64,000 nucleotides of DNA from Minisyncoccota bacterium (GTDB taxonomy: Bacteria; Patescibacteriota; Minisyncoccia; UBA6257; GWB1-50-10), in the NCBI GenBank assembly GCA_041917695.1, contig JAYRXE010000037.1, forward strand, positions 222,905-286,904, in the 5' to 3' direction. This document shows, piece by piece, positions 18,680 through 27,888 of this stretch (position 1 is the first letter of the stretch; each line of letters starts with the position of its first letter). A program made the position numbers and the translations under genes. Under the pieces are notes generated by a model. The model ran no database searches. It worked only from the letters and a program-made list of their open reading frames with translations, and was not told the DNA's origin.

Positions 18680-19963
18680 ATGGATATCTTCGGGAAGTTC
18701 AGGAATTTCTTTACACGTAAGCCGGTTGCGGCAATCGGCGGCGTGCTTCTACTTTTTTCACTGATTCTTGGCGGGGCCTACTTCCGGGAGCGCATCACGG
18801 GGGCTTCCGGAGAATCTTCTTTTTTTGCAACGCTTTCGGATGCCTTTTCCTCCTTTTTCGGCGCTCCCCAAGAAACGGAAATTGCGGTGATTCCTCCGCG
18901 GGAGGGCGGAGCGGAAAACGCCTCAAGCTCAGCGTGTTCCTTTGATACGCTTGGCGAGCGAAAGCCCAATGGACTGGTCTTAAACGAAATTGCCTGGATG
19001 GGAACTGCGGCAAACTACAATGCGGAGTGGATCGAACTCGAAAACCGGACGGATGCACGAATGGACATTTCCTTCTTCCAGCTCCTCGATCGGAATGAAA
19101 AGATACGCTTTTCTTTCCCGAAGGGGGCTGTCTTAGAACCGCATGATTCCGTCTTGCTTTCGCGCAAGGTCGCGAAAGATGCGGGACTGCAGGGAGTCTT
19201 TGAATACGCGGGAGCATTAAACAACAAAGGCGGCGCTCTTCGGCTCTATGACGGGGCGTGCGTGCTCCTTGATGAGGCGCTTTTCGAATCCGGATGGCCG
19301 GCGGGGGACAACGCTTCAAAGCGAACCATGGAACGCATGGCAAACGGAGCGTGGAGGACTTCGGCGATTGCAGGAGGTACGCCGGGAGCGAAAAATTCGG
19401 GGGGAACGGCGGGAAGTATAAAAACGACGCCGGCCCAAAAAACTTCTGCGTCAGTGCCTGCGGAGCCTCCGCATGCACCGAGCGAATCCGCAACGCAAAG
19501 CGTTCTTGCCTCGGAAACGGTGGTTTCTTATCCCGCACTCGTCATTAACGAGATATTCGTCGGAAGCGACGCTGGCGCGGCGGATGAATTCATCGAATTG
19601 TGGAATCCGGGAGACGAGGCGGTTTCCTTAAGCGGATGGTCCTTGAAAAAGAAAAGTTCGACCGGTTCGGCTACGTCGCTGGTTTCCGCTTCGAAGCTCG
19701 AGGGAAAATCCGTCCCGGCAAAATCGTTCTTTGTCATCGGAAACGAAGGAGGATACCGCGGCCCGGCGGATGCCGGATGGGCAAAATCAAACACGCTTGC
19801 ATATTCGAATAACGCCGTGCTCCTCCTGAATCCGCAGCTTGAAACGGTGCACGAAGTGTCATGGACGGAGATCCCGAAGGGAAAAAGTTTTTCGCGGGGC
19901 ATGGAGGGAAATTTTACTCCCGCGGAAAGCACGCCGGGACGTGAGAATGCGTCCGTGCGCTGA
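18680..19963 (+). CDS. Lamin-tail-domain (LTD) protein, two LTD repeats.
   Basis: N-terminal transmembrane segment. LVLNEIAWMGTAANYNAEWIELEN and LVINEIFVGSDAGAADEFIELWNPG..SLSGWSL match LTD signatures. TATAAT at 18665-18670. Confidence 0.75.
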   Translation: MDIFGKFRNFFTRKPVAAIGGVLLLFSLILGGAYFRERITGASGESSFFATLSDAFSSFFGAPQETEIAVIPPREGGAENASSSACSFDTLGERKPNGLVLNEIAWMGTAANYNAEWIELENRTDARMDISFFQLLDRNEKIRFSFPKGAVLEPHDSVLLSRKVAKDAGLQGVFEYAGALNNKGGALRLYDGACVLLDEALFESGWPAGDNASKRTMERMANGAWRTSAIAGGTPGAKNSGGTAGSIKTTPAQKTSASVPAEPPHAPSESATQSVLASETVVSYPALVINEIFVGSDAGAADEFIELWNPGDEAVSLSGWSLKKKSSTGSATSLVSASKLEGKSVPAKSFFVIGNEGGYRGPADAGWAKSNTLAYSNNAVLLLNPQLETVHEVSWTEIPKGKSFSRGMEGNFTPAESTPGRENASVR

Positions 19964-19980
19964 AATCAGGCGGGAAAAAT

Positions 19981-20005
19981 AAAAAAGCCCCGAAGGGCTT
20001 TTTAA
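19981..20005. terminator. Bidirectional terminator.
   Basis: aaaaaagccccgaagggcttttt. Confidence 0.65.
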
Positions 20006-20649
20006 AATATCCTTGAAAGCAGGGGGAGGAGGAAATACAGGCAGAGTGCCGCCTGCGCTCCCGCTACCGCATCGTCCATCATGACGCCGAAGGCGTTTTT
20101 TACATTTTCGAATATCTGCGCGAGCGGATATTTTACGATGTCAAAGATCCTGAAGAGCATGAATGCCGCACCGAAGTGGTACCATGCCGGATGTTCCACC
20201 CAGAAAAGGGGAATGCACGAGATGAGCATGCCGAGCACTTCGTCTATGACGATTTGGTGCTGGTCCTTCTCGCGCGTCTTGCCTTTCCAATCGGTGCGCG
20301 GACCGAGCTTGGTCTCCGCCGGGCGTACGGTAAACAGTCCGAGCATGAAAATAAGTCCGCAGAACCCTGCATACACGAGGGATTCCGCCTGGGGAACTAT
20401 TTTCGATACGGAGAGCGCAAGCCAGCAGAGCGGTATGGCAAAGAGACTGCCGTACGTGCCCGCCATGCTTCGCAAAAGTATCGGCCGTATCAGTCCCGAA
20501 CCGAACCAGGTTGCCACAATGTAGTAGCCCGCTATCTTTGCCAGTCTTTCGTGCGTAACCATACACAAGATGGCAAGGACTATGGCGATTATGCACCCTA
20601 TGCCCGCCCCCATTGCGCTGTCTACCAAAATTTCTTCCAAAGCTTCCAT
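20002..20649 (-). CDS. pgpA: Phosphatidylglycerophosphatase A family protein.
   Basis: DEVLG, WFGSGL and RIFDIVKYP motifs. Polytopic membrane protein, 215 aa. Confidence 0.75.
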   Translation of the reverse strand: MEALEEILVDSAMGAGIGCIIAIVLAILCMVTHERLAKIAGYYIVATWFGSGLIRPILLRSMAGTYGSLFAIPLCWLALSVSKIVPQAESLVYAGFCGLIFMLGLFTVRPAETKLGPRTDWKGKTREKDQHQIVIDEVLGMLISCIPLFWVEHPAWYHFGAAFMLFRIFDIVKYPLAQIFENVKNAFGVMMDDAVAGAQAALCLYFLLPLLSRIF

Positions 20650-20749
20650 ATGCGTTTTGCCTCCTTTTTTAATTTTATGAGCTCCACCGATTCTATGGGA
20701 AGACCCGTCGGGTCGTCAATTTTTGCGCGATAGGGTATCATGAGGCCAT

Positions 20750-21133
20750 ATGAATTCCTCACAGAAATGGATTGGTATTATCGCCCTGGGCGCAATCGTC
20801 TTGTCGGTGGGGCTCTATTTCCTTCTCTCGGGTCCGCGGGAACCGGGCAAGCTCGATGGATTCGCCCAGTGCATTAAAGACAGCGGTGCGGTTTTCTACG
20901 GGGCCTTTTGGTGCCCGCACTGCCAGGAGCAAAAAGAAATGTTCGGTTCATCCGCGCAATTTCTTCCCTACGTCGAATGCTCGACGCCCGACGGCCAAGG
21001 CCAGCTTCAGGTATGCACTGAGAAAGGCATCAAAGGGTATCCGACCTGGGTATTTCCCGACGGAAGCGAAGTAAGCGGTTCCATTCCTCTTGAGCAACTT
21101 GCCGCGAAGACCGGTTGCGCGTTGCCCCAATAA
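20750..21133 (+). CDS. Membrane-anchored thioredoxin-like protein (CPHC).
   Basis: N-terminal transmembrane helix, FWCPHCQEQK active site, Trx fold, 127 aa. Confidence 0.7.
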   Translation: MNSSQKWIGIIALGAIVLSVGLYFLLSGPREPGKLDGFAQCIKDSGAVFYGAFWCPHCQEQKEMFGSSAQFLPYVECSTPDGQGQLQVCTEKGIKGYPTWVFPDGSEVSGSIPLEQLAAKTGCALPQ

Positions 21134-21136
21134 CCT

Positions 21137-21688
21137 ATGACTCCGCTTACCTCCACGATTACCGTCATTCTTTCCATTCTTACCGTCGCGGCGCAGGTTG
21201 CCGTTCTGGTGTGGATTTTAGCGCTCGTTCTTTTGAAAAACCGCCGGGAATCGAAGATCATCGGTTTTTTCGCGGAGCACGGCCTTCTTTTTACGTTTCT
21301 CATCGCAACCGGGGCGACACTCGGCAGTCTTTTTTATTCCGAGATCGCCGGCTTTGAGCCGTGCAAACTGTGCTGGTTCCAGAGGCTTTTCATGTATCCG
21401 CAGATGTTCATGCTGGGCGTGGCGCTCTGGAAAAAAGACGAAAGCGTTCTCCGGTATTCCATCGTGCTTTCGCTGGTTGGCGCAGCGATAGCGCTGTACC
21501 ACTATCTGCTTCAGCTCGGCATCGCTCCCGCCGTACCCTGCGCCGCCGTGGGCCAATCGGCCGATTGTTCCCAGCGCTTTGTGATGGAGATGGGATACGT
21601 GACGATACCGATGATGTCTCTCACGGTGTTTGCCCTCATGCTCGTATGCGCCATTTCGCAAAGAAAATTCGGCAGATACGCAAAATAA
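21137..21688 (+). CDS. Disulfide bond formation protein B (DsbB/BdbC family).
   Basis: Four transmembrane helices, CKLCW and a second Cys pair (PCAAVGQSADC), 183 aa. Confidence 0.7.
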   Translation: MTPLTSTITVILSILTVAAQVAVLVWILALVLLKNRRESKIIGFFAEHGLLFTFLIATGATLGSLFYSEIAGFEPCKLCWFQRLFMYPQMFMLGVALWKKDESVLRYSIVLSLVGAAIALYHYLLQLGIAPAVPCAAVGQSADCSQRFVMEMGYVTIPMMSLTVFALMLVCAISQRKFGRYAK

Positions 21689-22062
21689 AGCTGAGCCGCC
21701 GTATCTGGATTATTTCCGCCGCTCTTGCCGCGGCGGTTCTTTTCGGAGCGGTGGCGTATTGGAATTTCGAACGCTCGCAATCCGCCGTCCCGCGCGATTA
21801 TGAGGGATTTGCGCGGTGCCTTACGGAGAAGGGGGTCGTGATGTACGGAGCGGATTGGTGCTCGCACTGCGAAAACCAACGGTTGGCTTTCGGCGATTCC
21901 TTCCGGTTTGTGAACTACGTTGAGTGCATGAAGGAACAGAAGGCGTGCAAGGCAAAAGACATCCGCGGATTCCCCACGTGGGAATTTCCCGGGGGCATGC
22001 GGGAAGTGGGGGAGCTTTCCTTTAGGGAGCTTAGTGAAAAATCAGGGTGTCATTTGAGATAG
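21646..22062 (+). CDS. Membrane-anchored thioredoxin-like protein (CSHC).
   Basis: Transmembrane helix, ADWCSHCENQ active site. The ATG at 21646 overlaps the dsbB-like 3' end by 43 nt. The upstream portion of ORF 21361.. is the dsbB frame-shifted overlap. Start uncertain. Confidence 0.6.
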   Translation: MRHFAKKIRQIRKIKLSRRIWIISAALAAAVLFGAVAYWNFERSQSAVPRDYEGFARCLTEKGVVMYGADWCSHCENQRLAFGDSFRFVNYVECMKEQKACKAKDIRGFPTWEFPGGMREVGELSFRELSEKSGCHLR

Positions 22063-22105
22063 TCTCTTTTTTGTTTCTGGTTGAATTAAGCTAAGATAAA
22101 GCCAT

Positions 22106-24541
22106 ATGGCAAAAGACAAGAAGTTCACCCTTCGCTTCGAAGAGGTGGGTATCAAGGACGTTGGGCTCGTCGGGGGGAAAAATGCGTCGCTCGGGGAAAT
22201 GATCGTGGAGCTCGGGAAGCGCGGGGTGCGCGTGCCGACCGGCTTTGTGGTCACCGCGTATGCCTATAGGTATTTCCTCGAAAAGACGGGGCTGAAGCAG
22301 TTTATCAAGACGACACTCACGGGTTTGAACACGAAGAACCTGCACGACCTCGCCCGCCGTGCGGAGGCGGTGCGGGAAAAGATCAAGCACACGGAGATGC
22401 CGAGTGAATTGAAGGAAGAGATCGTCCGGGAATACGCGGCATTCAGCAAGCGCCACTCCAAGGGGAAGACAAAGGCGGTGGATGTTGCCGTGCGTTCATC
22501 TGCGACTGCGGAAGACCTCCCCGGCGCGAGTTTTGCAGGCGAGCACGAGACCTATTTGAACATCAAAGGGGAAAAAGAACTGCTGGAAGCCGTGCGGGCC
22601 GCCATGGCGTCGCTCTTTACCGACCGGGCCATTTCCTATCGCGTCGACAAGGGGTTCGACCATTTCAAAATCGCGCTTTCGGTCGGCGTGCAGAAAATGG
22701 TGCGGAGCGATCTCGGCTGTTCCGGCGTCATGTTTACGCTCGACACCGAGTCGGGTTTCAAGGACACCGTTCTCATAAACGGCGCGTGGGGGCTGGGTGA
22801 GCTCATTGTGCAGGGAGAGGTGACGCCGGATGAATTTCTCGTATTCAAGGGAACGTGGGGCACGGCGAAGAATCCGATCATTTCCAAAAAACTGGGCGTG
22901 AAAAACCGGAAATTCGTCTATGCCTCGAATCGCGGGGGCATTCGGAACATCAAGCTCCAAAAGACGACCGAGCAGGAATTTTCATCGTTTGTCATTTCCG
23001 ACAAGGAAATCCTGATCCTCGCCAAGTGGGGCATGGAAATCGAGGCACACTATTCGAAGAAACGGAAGGTATGGACGCCGATGGATATGGAATGGGCGAA
23101 AGACGGGGCGACGGGAGAGCTTTTTATCGTGCAGGCCCGTCCCGAAACGATCCATGCCGAGCGCGATTATTCCAAGGTTCGCGAGTATGTCTTGCAGGGA
23201 AGCGGCAAGCTCATCACGAAGGGTGCCTCGGTGGGCAATAAGATTGCGGCAGGTTCCGCCCGCGTCATCATGGACGCGAAAAACATCCATTCCTTCAAGA
23301 AGGGAGAAGTGCTCGTGACGGATATGACGGACCCGGATTGGGAACCCATCATGAAGATCGCTTCCGCGATTGTGACGAACAAAGGCGGCCGCACATCGCA
23401 TGCCGCCATCGTTTCGCGAGAACTCGGCATCCCGTGCGTCGTCGGCACTGAAAATGCCACGAAACGCATCGCGACCGGCGACAAGGTGACGGTGGACGTC
23501 TCCGGAGCCGAGGGGCTCGTGTATCAGGGAATTTTGAAATTCAAAGTCATCGAGCACGATATGAAGCGCCTCAAGCGGCCGAAGACGAAGATCATGATGA
23601 ATATCGCGACGCCCGATACGGCGTTTGAGAAATCCTTCCTGCCGAACGACGGCGTAGGCCTCGCCCGCGAGGAGTTCGTCATTGCCTCCGCCATCGGCAT
23701 CCATCCCATGGCGCTCATCGAATTCAAGGAAGTCGCGAAGAAATATCCCGGGATCGCGGCGGAGATCGAACGGCGCACCCGCGGCTATGCGGTGAAGACC
23801 GATTTTTACGTTGACCGCCTCGCGTACGGCCTCGGAAAGATCGCGGCGGCCTTTTATCCGAAAAAGGTGATCGTCCGTTTTTCGGACTTCAAGACGAACG
23901 AATACCGCACGCTTTTGGGCGGGGAGATCTACGAGCCGAAAGAAGAAAACCCGATGATCGGCTGGCGCGGCGCATCGCGATACTACAATCCGCTCTTCGC
24001 ACCCGCATTCGCGCTTGAATGCAAGGCTATCAAAAAAGTCCGCGAGGACATGGGCCTTACGAACCTTGTCCCGATGGTGCCTTTCTGCCGTACCGCCGAG
24101 GAAGGCAAAAAGGTGCTTGAGGTGATGAAGAAAAATGGCCTCGACCGCAAGAAGGACAAGACGCTCAAGGTGTATGTGATGTGCGAAATCCCGTCGAATG
24201 TCGTGCGCGCCGAAGATTTCCTCGAAGTTTTCGACGGCATGTCCATCGGCTCAAACGACCTTACCCAGCTCACGCTCGGCATCGACCGGGACGGAAATGC
24301 CATGATCCGCGGCATCGCAAATGAGACGCACCTCGCGGTGAAAGATCTCATCTCCCATGTCATTAAGATGTGTCGCGCCCGAAAGAAATATATCGGCATT
24401 TGCGGCCAAGGACCTTCCGACATCCCCGCGTTCGCCGAGTTTCTCGTGCGCGAGGGAATCGAGTCCATGTCCCTGAACCCCGATACGGTGGTAACGACCA
24501 CGGAGCGCGTCTACGCCGTCGAAAAAAAGAAGCGGAAGTGA
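22106..24541 (+). CDS. ppsA: Phosphoenolpyruvate synthase (pyruvate, water dikinase).
   Basis: ATP-grasp N-terminus, mobile His domain GGRTSHAAIVSRELGIPCVVG, C-terminal PEP-utilizing TIM barrel, 811 aa. Confidence 0.9.
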   Translation: MAKDKKFTLRFEEVGIKDVGLVGGKNASLGEMIVELGKRGVRVPTGFVVTAYAYRYFLEKTGLKQFIKTTLTGLNTKNLHDLARRAEAVREKIKHTEMPSELKEEIVREYAAFSKRHSKGKTKAVDVAVRSSATAEDLPGASFAGEHETYLNIKGEKELLEAVRAAMASLFTDRAISYRVDKGFDHFKIALSVGVQKMVRSDLGCSGVMFTLDTESGFKDTVLINGAWGLGELIVQGEVTPDEFLVFKGTWGTAKNPIISKKLGVKNRKFVYASNRGGIRNIKLQKTTEQEFSSFVISDKEILILAKWGMEIEAHYSKKRKVWTPMDMEWAKDGATGELFIVQARPETIHAERDYSKVREYVLQGSGKLITKGASVGNKIAAGSARVIMDAKNIHSFKKGEVLVTDMTDPDWEPIMKIASAIVTNKGGRTSHAAIVSRELGIPCVVGTENATKRIATGDKVTVDVSGAEGLVYQGILKFKVIEHDMKRLKRPKTKIMMNIATPDTAFEKSFLPNDGVGLAREEFVIASAIGIHPMALIEFKEVAKKYPGIAAEIERRTRGYAVKTDFYVDRLAYGLGKIAAAFYPKKVIVRFSDFKTNEYRTLLGGEIYEPKEENPMIGWRGASRYYNPLFAPAFALECKAIKKVREDMGLTNLVPMVPFCRTAEEGKKVLEVMKKNGLDRKKDKTLKVYVMCEIPSNVVRAEDFLEVFDGMSIGSNDLTQLTLGIDRDGNAMIRGIANETHLAVKDLISHVIKMCRARKKYIGICGQGPSDIPAFAEFLVREGIESMSLNPDTVVTTTERVYAVEKKKRK

Positions 24542-24759
24542 AATTCGCGGTTGTTGTAAAACCGAATTCCCGAAAAAGCGAAGTGCTCCGCCTGGAGAAC
24601 GGAGATTTCCGCATTTTGGTAAAGTCTCCTGCATTGGAGGGAAAGGCAAACAGCGAAGCAATCGGTCTTATCGCGAAGCATTTTGGCGTTTCCCGAACTG
24701 CGGTGAGTATCGTAAAGGGTGGCCGGGGCAAACAGAAGCTCGTCGAGATATCGAGATGA
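24538..24759 (+). CDS. DUF167 (YggU) family protein.
   Basis: VKFAVVVKPNSRKSEVLRLENGDFRILVKSPALEGKANSEAIGLIAKHFGVSRTAVSIVKGGRGKQKLVEI. A GTG start overlaps the ppsA stop. Confidence 0.55.
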   Translation: MKFAVVVKPNSRKSEVLRLENGDFRILVKSPALEGKANSEAIGLIAKHFGVSRTAVSIVKGGRGKQKLVEISR

Positions 24760-25088
24760 CACTTTGGAGAAAAAAAACCGGTACGCCGATTGACGATGTA
24801 GTCCTTTTGAAAACTCCAGCGGAAAAGGTCCGCGGGCTTTTGGGCGCGCTCACTCCATACGCGGTCCATATGAAGACCCGCTGGGGAATCCACACGATGG
24901 GGCTCCGGTTTCCGATAGACGTGCTCGTCGCCGACAAGGCGCTCAGGGTGCGCGCAATCAAAAAAAACCTTCCGGCGGGGAAGTTTTACTTTTGGAATCC
25001 CTTTTGGGAAAACGTCTTTGAATTTCCCGCAGGCACGCTCAACGCGGCGGGGATTCAGAAAATGGACGAACTTGAGTTCAGGGAATAA
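24756..25088 (+). CDS. DUF192 family protein.
   Basis: HTMGLRFPIDVLVAD pattern, 110 aa. The 3' end overlaps convergent fmt. Confidence 0.6.
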   Translation: MTLWRKKTGTPIDDVVLLKTPAEKVRGLLGALTPYAVHMKTRWGIHTMGLRFPIDVLVADKALRVRAIKKNLPAGKFYFWNPFWENVFEFPAGTLNAAGIQKMDELEFRE

Positions 25089-25891
25089 GGCTTTTTTCCT
25101 TCCGGCTGGACAACCTTCAAAACTAACTTGTCGTCTTTCATTTCTGCCTCGAGGAGCTTTATCTCTTTTTCATGGATGCGCGTCCATGCGCCGGGTTCGG
25201 GGTTCAAAGCGCGGATTTTCGCATAGATGGGGGCGCCGCCAATTCCTTCGCACGCGTTTTTCAACTCATCTGCGGGGACGAACGCGTCTTCCCGCGAAAA
25301 TTTCTTCGTGAGCGTGGCGCCTGCTTCATTTTGGGGAACGGGAGCAACTTTTCCCGAAACGTATCCTTCGGCGATTTCTGAAAAGAGCTTCGCGCTCAAG
25401 CGCGCGAGCTTTGTTTCGAGGGAGAGGTAAGTTTCGCCGGTGCCGATTTCAGCTTTTTCTTGCGCGAGGAGGGGACCGTGGTCGACAAATTTATCAAGGA
25501 GAAAAAGTGTCGTTCCCGTTTCACGCTCTTCATTTAAAATCGCGGTCTGGATGGGGGTTGCGCCGCGGTACTTCGGCAAAAGGGAGGGGTGAATGCAGAT
25601 AATGCCCTTGGGAAATGAATCGATGATCGATTGGGGAACGATGGAGCCATAGGCCGCAAGCACCCCGAGTTTCGCATCCGGCAGATCGTCGCGGAGAAGC
25701 TTGGAAGGCTGATAAACAGGAATCCCCGCTTTTTCGGCAAGAATTTTTATTGGAGGAGGCGTGAGTTCCTTCTTCCTTCCGACGGGACGGTCGGGGTTCG
25801 TTACAACTGCCTTCGGCCGGAGGCCTTTTTCCAAAAGTTCGGAAAGGAATATTTCCGCGAAACGCGGGGTGCCGAAAAAAACGAAATCCAT
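25055..25891 (-). CDS. fmt: Methionyl-tRNA formyltransferase.
   Basis: MDFVFFGTPRFAEIFL, IHPSLLPKYRGATPIQTAI, 278 aa. ATGA overlap with def. Confidence 0.9.
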   Translation of the reverse strand: MDFVFFGTPRFAEIFLSELLEKGLRPKAVVTNPDRPVGRKKELTPPPIKILAEKAGIPVYQPSKLLRDDLPDAKLGVLAAYGSIVPQSIIDSFPKGIICIHPSLLPKYRGATPIQTAILNEERETGTTLFLLDKFVDHGPLLAQEKAEIGTGETYLSLETKLARLSAKLFSEIAEGYVSGKVAPVPQNEAGATLTKKFSREDAFVPADELKNACEGIGGAPIYAKIRALNPEPGAWTRIHEKEIKLLEAEMKDDKLVLKVVQPEGKKPYSLNSSSSIF

Positions 25892-26427
25892 CAGATCGAA
25901 GTGCCTTTCTGCGCGTCGCGTATGTCCTCGACGTATTTTGCGCGATCGGTAAAGAGAACCCCGTCCAAATGGTCGATCTCGTGCTGGCAGATGCGGGCAA
26001 GTAAGCCGCGCGCAGCGGTCTTTTGCGGCTTTCCAAGTACGTTCACGTACTCAATTGTCACTTCCGCCGGGCGTTCGACCGGACCGAAGGTGAAGGGGAT
26101 GCTCAAGCATCCTTCCTCCGAGGTCGCCGCTTCCTTTGATTTCTTCACGATGCGGGGATTTATCACGGCGTAGTGTTTCCATTTGCCGTTCCGGTCCATG
26201 GTGCGCGCGATAAAAAAGCGGTACGGCATGCCCGCCTGGTTCGCAGAAAGCCCGACACCTTCGGCTTTTACCATCAGCCGGCGCATGTCATCGAGCGCTT
26301 TGCGGAGTTCTTTCACGGTTTCCTTGTTCTTCAGCTCGGCAAGGGGAACGTCCTTCGTCTTCGTACGCAGGAATTTCTCCTCCTTTTTATCGAGTATGCA
26401 GAATATATGGCCTGATGCTTCAAACAT
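25891..26427 (-). CDS. def: Peptide deformylase.
   Basis: GVGLSANQ, EGCLSIP and HEIDHLDG motifs. Confidence 0.9.
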   Translation of the reverse strand: MFEASGHIFCILDKKEEKFLRTKTKDVPLAELKNKETVKELRKALDDMRRLMVKAEGVGLSANQAGMPYRFFIARTMDRNGKWKHYAVINPRIVKKSKEAATSEEGCLSIPFTFGPVERPAEVTIEYVNVLGKPQKTAARGLLARICQHEIDHLDGVLFTDRAKYVEDIRDAQKGTSI

Positions 26428-26429
26428 AA

Positions 26430-26717
26430 TTATATTTTCTTGTCTTCTTTCATTTGTTTCAAAACCTGCATGAAGTATGCCCCGCGGTTTTTGACCCGCT
26501 TGTTGTCCGCGATGTCTTTGGCGAGCGACATAAGCTTTTCTTCGTCATGAGCTTTCGCAAGACGAATGTAGAGCGCCTTATGGTCCCGGTCCTCAAGGAG
26601 GTCGGCGATTGCGAGGCCGGTGGACTGGAATTTCCGCGAAACGCGGTTTTTATTCGTTTCTTTCCGCGCCGCGAGTTCCGCGAGATATTGGTCTTTCGGG
26701 AGCATGATGGCAGGCAT
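26430..26717 (-). CDS. Hypothetical small basic protein.
   Basis: 95-aa ORF directly upstream of def and co-directional. K/E-rich. Confidence 0.45.
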   Translation of the reverse strand: MPAIMLPKDQYLAELAARKETNKNRVSRKFQSTGLAIADLLEDRDHKALYIRLAKAHDEEKLMSLAKDIADNKRVKNRGAYFMQVLKQMKEDKKI

Positions 26718-26757
26718 TTCCAGTCTAGGCTATTCGCGGTGCCGAGGAAAGGCTTCG

Positions 26758-26785
26758 TTGACAACTCGCATTCGTGTGCTATAGT
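26758..26785 (+). promoter_or_regulatory. Near-consensus sigma70 promoter (TTGACA-N16-TATAGT).
   Basis: TTGACA at 26758-26763, TATAGT at 26780-26785. No plus-strand CDS follows for over 300 nt. Confidence 0.45.
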
Positions 26786-26791
26786 TATCTC

Positions 26792-26996
26792 GTAACGATA
26801 GAAAGCGAACGTATTTTCAAAAGCTAGCGCCAGTTTGCACAACAAACGGCCAATAAATCCCTCCTTCAGTGAAGGTAAGGTCGAGCGGGAGATCTGCGCT
26901 CGCACCGTATGGGTTTATTGATACTAACTGCCACAAGCGGTTGGGAGGTCTCACTCTGAAAACAAAGCTTCAGCAATGTTTTCGGTGAGATTTTTC
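26792..26996 (+). ncRNA. Candidate small non-coding RNA of about 205 nt, between a consensus promoter and an intrinsic terminator. Family not identified.
   Basis: No ORF longer than 5 codons. Local hairpins (CCTTCagtGAAGG, CGAGCG-n9-CGCTCG). Ends in a terminator at 26949-26996. The region is lower in GC than its flanks. Confidence 0.3.
26949..26996 (+). terminator. Rho-independent terminator.
   Basis: tctcactctgaaaac...gttttcggtgaga forms an imperfect 13-bp stem followed by tttttcc. Confidence 0.5.
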
Positions 26997-27100
26997 CTGG
27001 CCGCTTTTTTGTTTTTGTGCTGAGCGTTTCCGACCGCTTCCCGAAGAAGGGATCGGGAACGCTCGCCGCAAGAACGGCGAGAGAAAATTAAAAAATCAAT

Positions 27101-27808
27101 ATGGAAAGGAAGTCCAAAATGAGACGGCTTGGTAAGATCAATTTCTTCACGGGATATGAAAACCTGACTCGCCTATGTTCACAATGCCTCGAGTATTACA
27201 GCGCATACGAGTTTTGCTATGAATTCAATTCTTCGCAGGACGTATGTGATGAGTGCGGTAAAAGAATTTTTTGCCACCTACTGTATAAGGATAGCCTCGA
27301 TAAGAAGTCGCATTGGGAGGTGCAGGTTATCCAGCTCCGTCGTAAAAAAGGAAGCAAGGAATTCAAAATAGAAGAAGATACGAAGAAGGCGTTCTTAAGC
27401 TTCTTTGCGGAGCTCGGAGAAAAAATATTCAATGAGGCAGATTACGTAAGCGAAACTGGCTTCAAACGATTCATAGGGGAGTCGGGACTCTGCGTCCATT
27501 CCCTTATCGAAGCGGTATGCCAGACGCTTGCTAAGAAGGATATCTTCATCCCCAGGGTTGGCGACAAGATATACATTGAGGGGGCTTTATATCTTTCGCA
27601 TGGCGCTGACGATTTCGCCGGTGGCCTCGCAACGGTAACCGGCGTACGCGGGAAGGGTGCACGCATGGTTTCAGTCAAAGAAGTCCCGGGAGAATTCGCA
27701 TGGGAGGGATATTTGGCAGAAAAGCAGGACGCCTTGAGAGAGATGTATGGAGAAAGCGCTGCATGTCCGACGCCCGACTATTCCCCTGAATCGAATGAAC
27801 CGTGGTAA
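27101..27808 (+). CDS. Hypothetical protein with an N-terminal Cys4 zinc ribbon (low-GC island).
   Basis: CSQC..(23)..CDECGKRIFCH. The remainder is unrecognised. Codon usage is AT-shifted relative to the genome. Confidence 0.6.
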   Translation: MERKSKMRRLGKINFFTGYENLTRLCSQCLEYYSAYEFCYEFNSSQDVCDECGKRIFCHLLYKDSLDKKSHWEVQVIQLRRKKGSKEFKIEEDTKKAFLSFFAELGEKIFNEADYVSETGFKRFIGESGLCVHSLIEAVCQTLAKKDIFIPRVGDKIYIEGALYLSHGADDFAGGLATVTGVRGKGARMVSVKEVPGEFAWEGYLAEKQDALREMYGESAACPTPDYSPESNEPW

Positions 27809-27888
27809 TCCTTGCGGTAGCCAAATGTATTGACAAAAAAGAAAAAAAGATGTATTATAAAAACAGTAAATTAGAAATGAGGTATGAA

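Noticed and set aside
18795-19538. 247-aa ORF antisense to the LTD gene, rich in P/R/A.
   Set aside because: Antisense GC-driven ORF with no motif. The sense strand encodes clear LTD repeats.
21361-21645. N-terminal 95 aa of ORF 21361..22062 (R/S-rich).
   Set aside because: It lies wholly inside the dsbB-like gene in another frame. The thioredoxin-like domain with its transmembrane segment begins at M96 (21646).
26718-27100. Possibility that the 380-nt lower-GC intergenic region encodes RNase P RNA, SRP RNA or tmRNA.
   Set aside because: I could not find the P4 (AGGAAAGUCCGGGC / ACAGAAA), SRP domain IV (GGAAGCAGCC-like) or tmRNA tRNA-like consensus by eye. Retained only as an unclassified candidate sRNA.
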